64,000 nucleotides of DNA, from the NCBI GenBank assembly GCA_002269645.1, contig NIVC01002803.1, positions 75,315-139,314 on the forward strand, in the 5' to 3' direction. Numbering within the stretch: position 1 is the first letter of the stretch; each line of letters starts with the position of its first letter. Under the pieces are notes generated by a model, which was not told the DNA's origin, did no database searches, and saw only the letters and a program-made list of their open reading frames with translations. Shown piece after piece: positions 46,790-57,162 of this stretch. This stretch comes from Macrostomum lignano (Eukaryota). The position numbers and the translations under genes were made by a program.

Positions 46790-47178
46790 CTCAAACTGAA
46801 CTCAAAGCTTCATGCTCGAGAACTATTCGAGAAAAACTGATGTTCCTATCTCCACAATGTATTAGATTGATATTCGATTTCGAGTACTTCTGCTTGCTCT
46901 TTGTCGCTGAAAATTGACATGCAGGACTTCACCCAGACACTAAGCGATTATCATAACTCAAACTGAACTCAAAGCTTCATGCTCGAGAACTATTCGAGAA
47001 AAACTGATGTTCCTATCTCCACAATGTATTAGATTGATATTCGATTTCGAGTACTTCTGCTTGCTCTCTGTCGCTGAAAATTGACATGCAGGACTTCACC
47101 CAGACACTAAGCGATTATCATAACTCAAACCGAACTCAAAGCTTCATGCTCGAGAACTATTCGAAAAAAACTGATGTT
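46790..47178 (+). repeat. 167-bp tandem repeat (2.3 copies)
   Basis: Unit starts at 46790, 46957 and 47124 (CTCAAACTGAACTCAAAGCTTCATGCTCGAG...). Confidence 0.92.
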
Positions 47179-47473
47179 TCTACATGTACATGTATCTCCA
47201 CAGTGCATTAGACTGGGATAATAATTTTGTTCATTGTGTGAAGATATAGTAAGATATTTGCATGCATGATGTACATATATTGGCTGATTCACAATAATTT
47301 TTTAAAAGATTCTCTACGAACTAGTAAGCACTGACTCATTAGGTTCAATCAGTTAAATTGATTTCATTAAGCCATTCAGCACTATTAAACTTTTTCGCGT
47401 TGTGTACACTGACCTGCCTACACTGTTCGTACAGTTTCATGCCGTGCAATCAAACATGGTATTTCATTTTTAG

Positions 47474-48253
47474 GAAGCCCGTTTGATTTTGGTTCCCATG
47501 TTTACTGGAAGCCATTTTACCTGGTAGCGATTAACGTATCAGCTAGAAATGTTTACCTCTTTGACTCCTCTACCAGTAATATCCGCCAGCAGAATGTGTT
47601 GCCCAGAATTGTAGAAAACTGGAAGTATATAAGAAGCTTTTCCCTTCAACCTTTGACTTCAGATAAGACAATTATGAATGTAAGGATACACATCCATGTA
47701 AGCTTTTCCGAACACTGCAATTGTAGTGCTTTTCTACGTCTGGCACCAAAAGAAATCTACGAGTATTTTTCACTCAAAGAAAATACTACTTTTCGCAGTG
47801 ACAACGCTCCACACACTAAGCAAGACGATTCTTTTAGTTGTGGTGCCTTCGTCTGCTTGTATGCCAGAAGCATAATTCTTGGTAGGGAGCTACAATATCA
47901 GAAAGCAAGCAAAGAATTTCTTGATAATGTGCGTTGTTACATATGGAAAGTAATCAGTAACAACTCCGTCGATAGCAACCAAGGTTCTTGTGCCATTTGT
48001 CAAGCAGAAGAGCCACCAAAAGCAGACGGTGCAGCAACAATTGATTGGGTGAGTTGTAAAATTCTTGTACGTATAAATACCTCTGTGCCAAATATCAATA
48101 CACATGTACTCACTTTACCTTTACTTCTTGTACATGCACTACTGGTAGATTGAGTGCTCATTCTGTCTTGACTGGATCCACTGCGTCTGTGCATCCACAA
48201 CGCAAGAAGAGGAAAACTTCTGCTGCTCGACCTGCAGAAGTTCTCGAGCATGA
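47474..48253 (+). pseudogene. Transposon-type Ulp1-like (C48) cysteine protease fragment plus PHD finger, spliced
   Basis: LILVPMFTGSHF(Y)LVAINVSARNVYLFDS (His, Asp; -1 frameshift in TTTT 47515-47518); KQDDSFSCGAFVCLY (Gln, Cys); PHD CAIC...DW|IECSFCLDWIHCVC...CCSTC across a GT-AG intron 48049-48148; stop at 48253. Confidence 0.75.
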
Positions 48254-48552
48254 AGCTTTGAGTTCGGTTTGAGTTATGATAATCGCTTAGTGTCTGGGTG
48301 AAGTCCTGCATGTCAATTTTCAGCGACAGAGAGCAAGCAGAAGTACTCGAAATCGAATATCAATCTAATACATTGTGGAGATAGGAACATTAGTTTTTCT
48401 CGAATAGTTCTCGAGCATGAAGCTTTGAGTTCGGTTTGAGTTATCATAATCGCTTAGTGTCTGGGTGAAGTCCTGCATGTCAATTTTCAGCGACAGAGAG
48501 CAAGCAGAAGTACTCGAAATCGAATATCAATCTAATACATTGTGGAGATAGG
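48240..48552 (-). repeat. Inverted copy of the 167-bp tandem repeat (~1.9 copies)
   Basis: Reverse complement of the 46790-47178 array. Confidence 0.92.
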
Positions 48553-51069
48553 GAAGCACCAGTTTTTGGCAAATTGTAAAAAATCCTTTCAATCTGTAGC
48601 CGTAGTTTTTTTTAAGTCGGTTTATCTCGTGGGTGATGTTTCTTCTGTAAAAAATCATGGCGTTTGGTGCTTTAAAAGCAAAGATTTTTGTTATTTCCGA
48701 ATATCGATCTTGAATATCGCTCGGGGAATCCCTGCATATAAGGCTGCACTAACATAGACGTCAAAGCTAGGAATATGGCTTTCATTTTCTATGCGGGAGA
48801 GTAGAGTGTCATTCATGAAAATTGAGCAATAAAAATGTTAAAATCGTATATAAAATTAGAAATAAAAATTTGGCCTATTATTCAGCAATTAAAATTGCTG
48901 CAGTAACAACATTGCTGGCAATAGGCCCAAATTCATCAGGAAAAATAAGCTTCATAGAAAATGTAGCTACATTTTACTTATTTTTAGTCTTTTTATCTGC
49001 TGCTGGTCAACAAAAATGCAGCAGACAAAATGGCTGCTATACTCTAGTGACCTATTATTGAAATCAATAATTGCTTCAGGGTTACAAAATCCATATATTA
49101 ATATTGTGCCTTAAAGTTATGGTTTTTTATATAAAAAAATCAAAAAAATCTAACTTAACAGGGGGAGGGGGTGCGCCAAGGGGCCCCCTCAGCTGCAGCC
49201 AAAGAAATTTTGATCATAGGCCTAGGCCTACTTTTTTGGCTTGCTACTATGCCAGGTCTATTTTCCAATATGGGGTTAGGCCCTAGCCTATAGTGCTTGG
49301 TATAGCTTGGCCCCCTCCCTTCAAAAATTTTCTGGATCTGCGCCTGGGCCAAAATGAATATTTGCAATGCCAAAATAAATGCTTTGCTTCTAGTATTAAA
49401 TAAAATGAGTGCTTGCAATATTATGTCTATAATGAGTGCTTATTAGGCCTATGATACCCAAAACTAAAATAGTACTTAATGATACCAAAATAAACATTTA
49501 TAGTGCCATACTAAGTGACTAAGCCTAGGTCTATAACACTAAAATAAGTGCTTATAGCATCATAATAAGGGCTTGCAGTGCCAAAATGAGCATTTACAGC
49601 ACTAAAATTAATGTTAATAGCATTGAAATGAACAACTGCAATGTTAAAATAACTGTTTACAATTTGCAATAATTATACTAAGATAAATGTATACAATACA
49701 AAAATGAATGCCTAGGCTTACATTATAAAATCTATGGTAATACCCTTGCTTCTAACAACTTTAGATAGGGCCTATACCATATTATATCCTAGATTAGGCC
49801 TAGGCTAGATCTATATATTTTTTAATAATTTTAAAATATGCCTAGGTTATTCTAAAAATTAATTAATCAGGGCTAGGCTTATTATCTGCTCAATAGACCT
49901 ACTTTCAGCTCTAACTAGAGTTCCATTGTAGCATTGGATATAGCTATGAAAAGTTATAGATATGGTTTTTTGGCAAAGGCAAAGTATATAAATATGGATA
50001 TGGTTGTGGAAATATATTTCCCATATCTAGTTATTATATCTAGGCCTACCTAGCAATATTACTCAATTGAAACATGATTTACAACCATTAGAAAGTTGTT
50101 AATTTGATAGATTTTATCACTTTAAAAGAGCTTATAAGTCTTTATAGGCCCCTAAAGATTTAGAAACTTAAGCAACAAAGAGTTTTGATTCCATATGCAT
50201 GTTGTAGTTGGGCAGTAGATTCATTGCCCAAAAGTATAAGAGTTTTTATTTTACAATGTAAAATCTAGCTAAAGCTCTTAAGTCTAGGGTTGGGGACTAG
50301 GATGGGATTGGGATTGTGGGACTAAATTTGATATGAATTTTAGTATTAATTTAATATAACATTAATTATAATATAACATATAGCATTAAATATAACATTT
50401 AACATTAATTTAATATATTAATGTAGCTCCCTACATTAATATAGGGAGCTCTTGAGTCTTGAGTTTCTAAAATCAGGGACTCAAGCAACAAAGACACTAT
50501 ATGCACTCTAGTGTTGAAATGGGAGGGAAGGTAAAGTTAAGACGTTTTCACTTTCAATACAAAGGTAGCTAGCTCTAAAGTCCTTGGGTTCAAAGACTCA
50601 ATTTTTACACCATATGCACATTGTGGTTAGGATGGTAGGGGCTTATTAGAATGAATGAAACTAATAAAGAAGCCATCTAGCATTTGCCATTATCAAAGAA
50701 GGCTAGATTGCAAAGGAGACTTCTTAGAAACCAATTGATGTGTAGGCTATCGCCCTCATAGAAGATCTTGAATGGTAAGAATTGGAGATTTTGTTACTTT
50801 AGTAACTTAAATGCAATAAAAGATGTCAGGAAAGAGGAGAGAAGAGAGAAGGAAAAAGAAAAGAAAAGGGAAAATAAAAGAGGGGAGAGAAGAGAGGGGA
50901 AAAGGAAAAGAGAGAAAAGAAAAAGAACAAAGAAGAGAATCTTACTATTTGTCCTTGGCCTTGCCTGCACTATCCTTGCAGCTTAAGCAGCAGCACTTTA
51001 TGTAGCAGCTCAGGGCAGAGGGCCTCTGACCAGATGATATGGCTAGCCAATCAGTCATTGCCCATCTTA

Positions 51070-52590
51070 CAGTCATGCACAAAAGTAAGTACACCCCAAG
51101 CAAAAATTGAGAAAAACTGTTAAAATTTCTGAACCATCAGCTGTATTACAACAAAACTGCATCACAATGATCCTTATTGACTGGCATTTATTTTGACACA
51201 TCAAGCTTTGAAAAACTCTTTGTGGCTACGGAGCTATGGCAAAAAATGCTCAAACACACCTGTGCAAAAGTAAGTACACCCTGTCTTAATACTTTGTAGC
51301 TCCACCTCGTGCAGCCACCACAGCCAAGAGCTGCTTGCGGTAGCCATTCACCAGCGCAGTGCACCTCTCAGCGGGCACTTTCCGCCACTCCTTGATGCAG
51401 AATTCGGCCAATTCCCGCAGATTCTTTGGCTTCCTCGCGTGAACCATCTTCTTGAGATCCGTCCACAGCATCTCGATCGGATTCAGGTCAGGGCTCTGGC
51501 TTGGCCACTCCATGACCTTGATGCGCCTCTGCTGCAGCCATCGCCGAGTTGCAGCGCTCGTGTGCTTGGGGTCATTGTCCTGCTGCAGTGTCCAAGCTCG
51601 TCCAAGACCGAGGTCATGCACTGATGGCTGCAGGTTTTCATTAAGGATCTGCTGATACACAGCCGAATTCATCTTCTCGGTGATGTGCATCAGCCTGCCG
51701 GTGCCAGCAGCTGCAAAGCAGCCCCACAGCATGATGCTGCCGCCTCCGTGCTTGACTGTCGGCTTCAGGTGTTTCTGCTCAAATGCGGTGTTCGGCTTGC
51801 GCCACACGCGCTGCTTCTCATTCCTGCCGAACAGCTCAATCTTGGTTTCATCAGACCAAAGCACTGACTGCCAGTAGCTGTCTGGCTTACTCAGCATCGC
51901 ATTAGCAAACTGCAGCCTGGCATCGCGATGTCGCTGCTGCAGCAAAGGCTTTTTTCTTGGAATGCAGCTGCGGAGGCCCACACGGTTCAGGGCTTGGCGA
52001 ACAGTAGTCCTGTGCGGCAAAAAGCCAGCTGCATTCAGCATCTGCTGCAGCTCGCCTGATGTTGAATTCGGGTTTTGGCTGACCTCTTGCGTGAGTTTGC
52101 GCAGCACGCGAGCTGAAATTTTACTCGGCCGGCCACTGCGAGGTAGAGATGCTGTGGTGCCGTGCTGCTTGTACTTTGCGATGATGCGCCTAACCGTTGA
52201 TACATGCACATTGAAGGCAGTCGATATCCGCTTGTAGCCATCGCCACTATCGTGAGCTGCTACAATGCGATTTCTTAACTGAACTGACAGCTCCTAGCCT
52301 CTTGGCATTGTCCTGGCGTGTATCAAGTCAATGACGAAGCGGCTGCATTGCACATAAGCTTTATAGTAGCATGAAAACCAGTAGCTGAGCTGATTGAGGG
52401 CAGGGTCAAGCAGGACTAAAGTCGCTGGTGACGTAACAGACAGTGAGGCGTCTGGCAATGTACTTATGGTGGCTCGCATCTGCACAGAGGAGGTTATACT
52501 GGTAGTAAAGGGCAGGGTGTACTTACTTTTGCACAGGTGTGTTTGAGCATTTTTTGCCATAGCTCCGTAGCCACAAAGAGTTTTTCAAAG
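51070..52590 (-). mobile_element. Tc1-family (DD34E) DNA transposon with IR/DR-type TIRs; right TIR interrupted by an LTR element
   Basis: TA at 51068-51069, then CAGTCATGCACAAAAGTAAGTACACCCC. Inner direct repeat GTGCAAAAGTAAGTACACCC near 51262. 51206-51283 is mirrored at 52513-52590. Confidence 0.93.
51286..52308 (-). pseudogene. Tc1 transposase (340 codons) with premature TAG at codon 5
   Basis: MPRG*ELSVQLRNRIVAAH...; WSDETK, KHGGGSIMLWG, QQDNDPKH, WPSQSPDLNPIE (34 residues between D and E). The frame is otherwise intact. Confidence 0.92.
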
Positions 52591-54810
52591 TGATGTAACC
52601 ACGCTCTGGTCGCGGGATAGGGCATGGGAACTTTTTTGAAAGTGCCTCCTATCCCGTGCACCCTCTGCACAGAGCTGTCGAGACTCGGCCAGGTCTCCGA
52701 CCGGGCCTGGAGACTCCCGCTCTGCTGCACCCCTCCTGCTGCCTTGGTCCCGTCTCTCCTGCCGCCACACCTGCCTTTCCGGAGCCCCTACCCCTTTCTG
52801 TACCTCCCCCTCTACCCTATCTCTTCTGTTCCCGCCCTATTCTTCCTGTACTTTCTCTACCTCCTCCCTTTTTTTTTGTCTCCCTCTGCACTCTTTTCCT
52901 GCGCTGTCCCCTCTTTCCCTGTGTCTACTTACAGTACTTTGTGTGCTCACCGTCTCCCCATCCCCTCTCAAACTCCCAAACGGTGACGCAAGTCGTGTGA
53001 CCCCTTCTCCCCCTCGGTGACTCATCGATGACTCATCCCCCTCTCTTGCGCAACCTTTTCTCACGCTATTGTTCTCCTTCCCAAATTTCTCATGTGACAC
53101 CCACCCCACCTCCGCTTCTATTGTTCTCGTTTTTGCTTCTTTTGTTCTCTCGACCCCCACCAATTATCACATTTTCTCCGATTTTCTCTTTCTTTTGTTC
53201 TCGTTTTCGCACCTAATTATCACCTTTTCTCCAATGTTTACTTTTCCATTGTTCTCAGTTTTCCCCAATTATCCCCGATTTCCAATTCCTTTGTTCTCGA
53301 CCCCAGCCCTATTGTTCTCAATGTTTGCTTGCGCAACACTTTCGCGACCACCCGCTGCGCCAATTATCCCCCCACCCCACCTCCGGATTGCGCAATTTCC
53401 CGATTTCTCATGTTGCTATGCCGGTCTCATGCTTCTCATCATGACTCATTCTGACGTCATTCTGCCGGCAGCCAATCAGAGAGAGGGAGCCATGGTAACG
53501 ACCTTGAGGAGGCGGCTGTGAGGTCTATAAAAGGAAGCGATTTCGGCATGAGAATACTCAACTGAGTTTATCTCTGTTCCTCTCCTCGTCCTTCTTTGGA
53601 CTTGCTGTCAGATTGAGTTCTGACCCATTCGTCTATAAGACGAATCCCTGCCGGTCCGCGGTCTGTTACCGCCAAGTTATCCTTAGCTCCCCAAGTGAGC
53701 TCGCCTATCGGCCAGCGGTCTGATACCGCCCAGCATCATCAGCATCGCCTGATCTACATCAGCGCCTCGTCGCTCCAGCGCATCGCCGCTTCACCGTCTG
53801 CCTGACTGCAGCCTACAGCCGCCCTCGGTCACTCCGCCTCTCTCTCTCTCTGTGCAGCTGCCGGTAAGTTCCTACTACTAATTTGTGCTCTAATTGCCTT
53901 TGCTTATCCGGGGTTTGCCTATTTTCCATTGTCTGATTAGAGAGCTGAGCCAATTGTGATACCGTATCTTTTGCTGTATTTTACTCAATAGTGAAGCCGC
54001 CTAATTGCCTGCTTATTTGCCTAAGGGCCTAATTATTAACTATTAACTAACTTCATCATTATTCAATCTTTCACCATCATTTCACTCATGGCTTGCTAAG
54101 CCTTTCTCCCGGGGTGGCAAAGCATAAGGAAGTTTGGGTAAGCTAATGGCCTCTCCCCGTGCAAAGCCCGCCTGTGAGTGCGTGCTGCGGGGCCGCGTGT
54201 GCGTGCAGTAGAGGGATTAGCGAGTCTTGGCACAGAATGGCAGTAGGAAGGTTGCAACCCCATGCTAACGCGTCCCTTCGCCCTGAGCAATCTAAACTGT
54301 AGACAGTACATGTTCGCCTCATACTACTCTTAGTAATCAAAGTCGCAAGTCAGCCTCGCTCACAGCCACAAAGGATCCCCTGCTGAGAAATCCTCCAGGA
54401 TTGAGCCCAGAGTTCCCGATCATGCCCCAAGCAGAGTCCCTGTACTCGGCTGCATGCGTCTCCCCTGTTAGCCTAAATCCCCTGGTAACCAATCCAGGCG
54501 GGGCTCTAGCCTCGAGAGGTCTGGTAGAAAGATCCAGGTGCGCCAGGTCACATAGAGTGGTGGCAGCCACTCGGTCATACCATGACCGAGTGACCAACTA
54601 TTGCACCTTGGCTACAGGTGGGGTCCATGTGGGTCCTTGGCCCTCTGGTCACGAAGCGCTACCAAAGCTACTAATCATGTGGGCGGGACAGTCTGGTGCT
54701 GGAGGTCCGTCAGGTCATTGCCCGGTCATAGGCAGCCTACGGTCATTGCCCCCTCTAGCCATGCGTTCGTCTCTCTACGGAGCGGACAGGCGACAAGGGC
54801 GGTTACATCA
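52591..54810 (+). repeat. 5' LTR (2220 bp)
   Basis: Begins TGATGTAACC and ends GGTTACATCA (10-bp perfect inverted termini). The first ~1.29 kb is near-identical to 62708-64000. Confidence 0.93.
53471..53532 (+). promoter_or_regulatory. LTR promoter: CCAAT box and TATA box
   Basis: GCCAAT at 53471-53476 and TATAAAA at 53526-53532; the TATA recurs at 63639-63645 in the 3' LTR. Confidence 0.6.
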
Positions 54811-54813
54811 AAA

Positions 54814-54831
54814 TGGTGGCAGCGGTGGGAT
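54814..54831 (+). other. Primer-binding site complementary to tRNA-Leu 3' end
   Basis: TGGTGGCAGCGGTGGGAT is the reverse complement of AUCCCACCGCUGCCACCA, the 3' end of eukaryotic tRNA-Leu(AAG/UAG) as I recall it; it lies 3 nt after the LTR. Confidence 0.88.
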
Positions 54832-57162
54832 CTGGTGCAAACAGCGCTGAGTTTCGGACTGGTGGTTTAGATGTGACAAGCGCACCTGTGGCATCCCTCA
54901 GAATGGTGGCCGAAGCGCAAAGAGTGCCATGTCTAAATCTACCAATCGTAAAAATCGCCAATCGTCATTCTCTTCTCCCATGGCGTGAGGCAACAAAATC
55001 CAAAAATATTAATGTAACTTTTCAAATTTTTCGGGCTGCGAATTCGTTCAATTCATTCGAAATTTCCAAATTCATTCATTCGCCAAAAGCCCCTGATTCA
55101 ATTTAAAATTAATTTAGCCGATCAGTTTCAGCGCTAGAAAGTGTGAAGTGGTAGACGAGCGGATTTGATTACAATCAGAATAGCTACCTGGTAACGGAGT
55201 GTGTGAAGAACTGCGAAAGTGAATTTTCCGGACTCACTTTCTATTTCATGGTAATATGCTTTATTTCCCCTCCCTTTCTTTCTCTCGCCTAGCCTACAGC
55301 AGAACTGTGTGAGTGTTGAGGTGGACAGCCAGCCAGGTACGGAAGCCTCATCACGCAAGCACAGGGAAGCTGGAAGCGAAGCATTTCTTTCCTTTGTCCT
55401 ACCTCTTTCTTTTACTCGGGGGAGTGTAACAGTCGCTCTCCCTGATCGCTCAGTTAATCCTAGAAATGCGTAGAGACCGGAGCGTGTTTTGTTTGTCCAT
55501 TAGAATGAACAGCTATCAAGGGCTATGGGGAACTCGCTATATATGCATAGTAAGGGAAGCAGTAGTCATGGCCTTGGAAACATTGGGGGATACCAAAGTC
55601 TCGCAGGAATGGGAATAGCGGTGTGATTGTATCTCTGTAGGGTATCAGTGTGACTCAAAAATCTCGGGCTAAAAAAAGTGTCACCTCCTATGGAATACCT
55701 GCGATCAGCCCGGACCTGAATTCTGCGGTAACCCCTGGTGCCTTCATGGCTGGGATTCGATCCCAACGTGTCTGCTGACTCTCCCCACTGTATTGCAGAC
55801 CCGGTAGTAACTGCTTTGGTTGCATTTGGGCTGGTGCAGTGGCTGGAAATAGTAGATCCCATAGTATCCTATTGATAGTGGAGTTCAGTGAGTATTGGAA
55901 TGGTGTACTGGAAGTCTGGTGGCCCCCAGTGATCTCGTAATGTTTCCTGCTGCATTCTCCTCCTTTAGTAATTCCTCCCCCTGCTGTCAGTCTGATAGGG
56001 GAGGTGGGTGTGCCAATCAGCCCGACCCGGTAGAACGGCGCTCCTGCCCGACTTGTCAGCCTGGCCCAGGAAGGCGCTATTGCGCAACTCTTTTCCCCTC
56101 TGGCCACTGCAGCCCACTAAGCGCTTAGACGCAGGGTTGCATGCAGTCCCCTAATGTAAAGCCCCGGTACATAGAGTGCCACCCCAATGCCCCGCAAGGT
56201 CAATAAGACGGGTTGACGTCTCTGGCAACTTGGAATAACCTAGATGGAGGTACCGCTGTCTCCTGGTAGAACCGGGCGTTCAAGTACAGTAAAGTGGAGA
56301 GGCTGACAACTGTAGGACTTTCTCCGCCATCAGATAAAGGTCCCAAGTATGCTATTTCGAGCTGCAGCAAAGGTGGAGTATCGGAGGGGCAAGCATTTCA
56401 GGAAGATACTCACTTAGGTCTGTTTATCCTAGGAAAGCGGGCGAGAGTTTCAGGCTTGTAATCCGCCTAACCTGAAAACTTCGGGGACAGTTTAGTCTGG
56501 ACTCCCGCTGCGCGCCTTCGCTCTGAACAGAAGGGGGAGGTCTTGGTTTTTGTGGATTCTGCTAGACGTAGGGGAGCTGGATTCCCGCCTTTTGTGAAGC
56601 TGCGTGTACAAGATTGGTAGTCCTGAGGTGGAAGCCCCACTGGACTCCGACGGTTTTCCGGCTGTGCAAGGGCAGTAAAGTGGGAGGACCTCCATGGGGA
56701 TTGCTCCCGCCACTTGGGTTTTTGGGTCCAGGCGCCAACGCTTCTTCGTAGTAGCTTTCTTAAGGAAATGGGGTCCGGCGCGCAACCCTAGGGGAGAATT
56801 TGTACAGGTGCCGTAAGTCCGTTTACGGTCGGCATTTGGGTTCCCTAGCATGGCCGCAAAATGAAGGTCAAGTCTCTCTGAATAGCCAATTTTTCCCTGT
56901 CAGGATGTGCCATAGACAACTGGTAGTGGTAGCCGCAGTTTGAGTCAGTGTGCTTTGCCGAGTGAAGCCGTTAGGACTGCCTAAATGGAATTATGTGGAG
57001 CCACCCGTTTTTCAATTTGTTTTCTTCGACGCCGCAAGTGTGTGAGTTTTGTCTGTGTTTGTGTGTTTCGGATCAACTTTTCGGTCTTTACCTGTAGTTG
57101 CCCCGGTTTTCTTTTCTTTTCCTTCCCGGTAGTGGGTACTCCCCCAGCTATCCGGCTTTCAC

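Noticed and set aside
49160-49350. hAT-MITE-like end CTGGATCTGCGCCTG
   Set aside because: Only one terminus is visible and there is no TSD.
55866-55890. DSG triplet in the LTR leader as a displaced protease active site
   Set aside because: It is flanked by stops, needs a frameshift, and the downstream sequence lacks the protease flap and IIG motifs.
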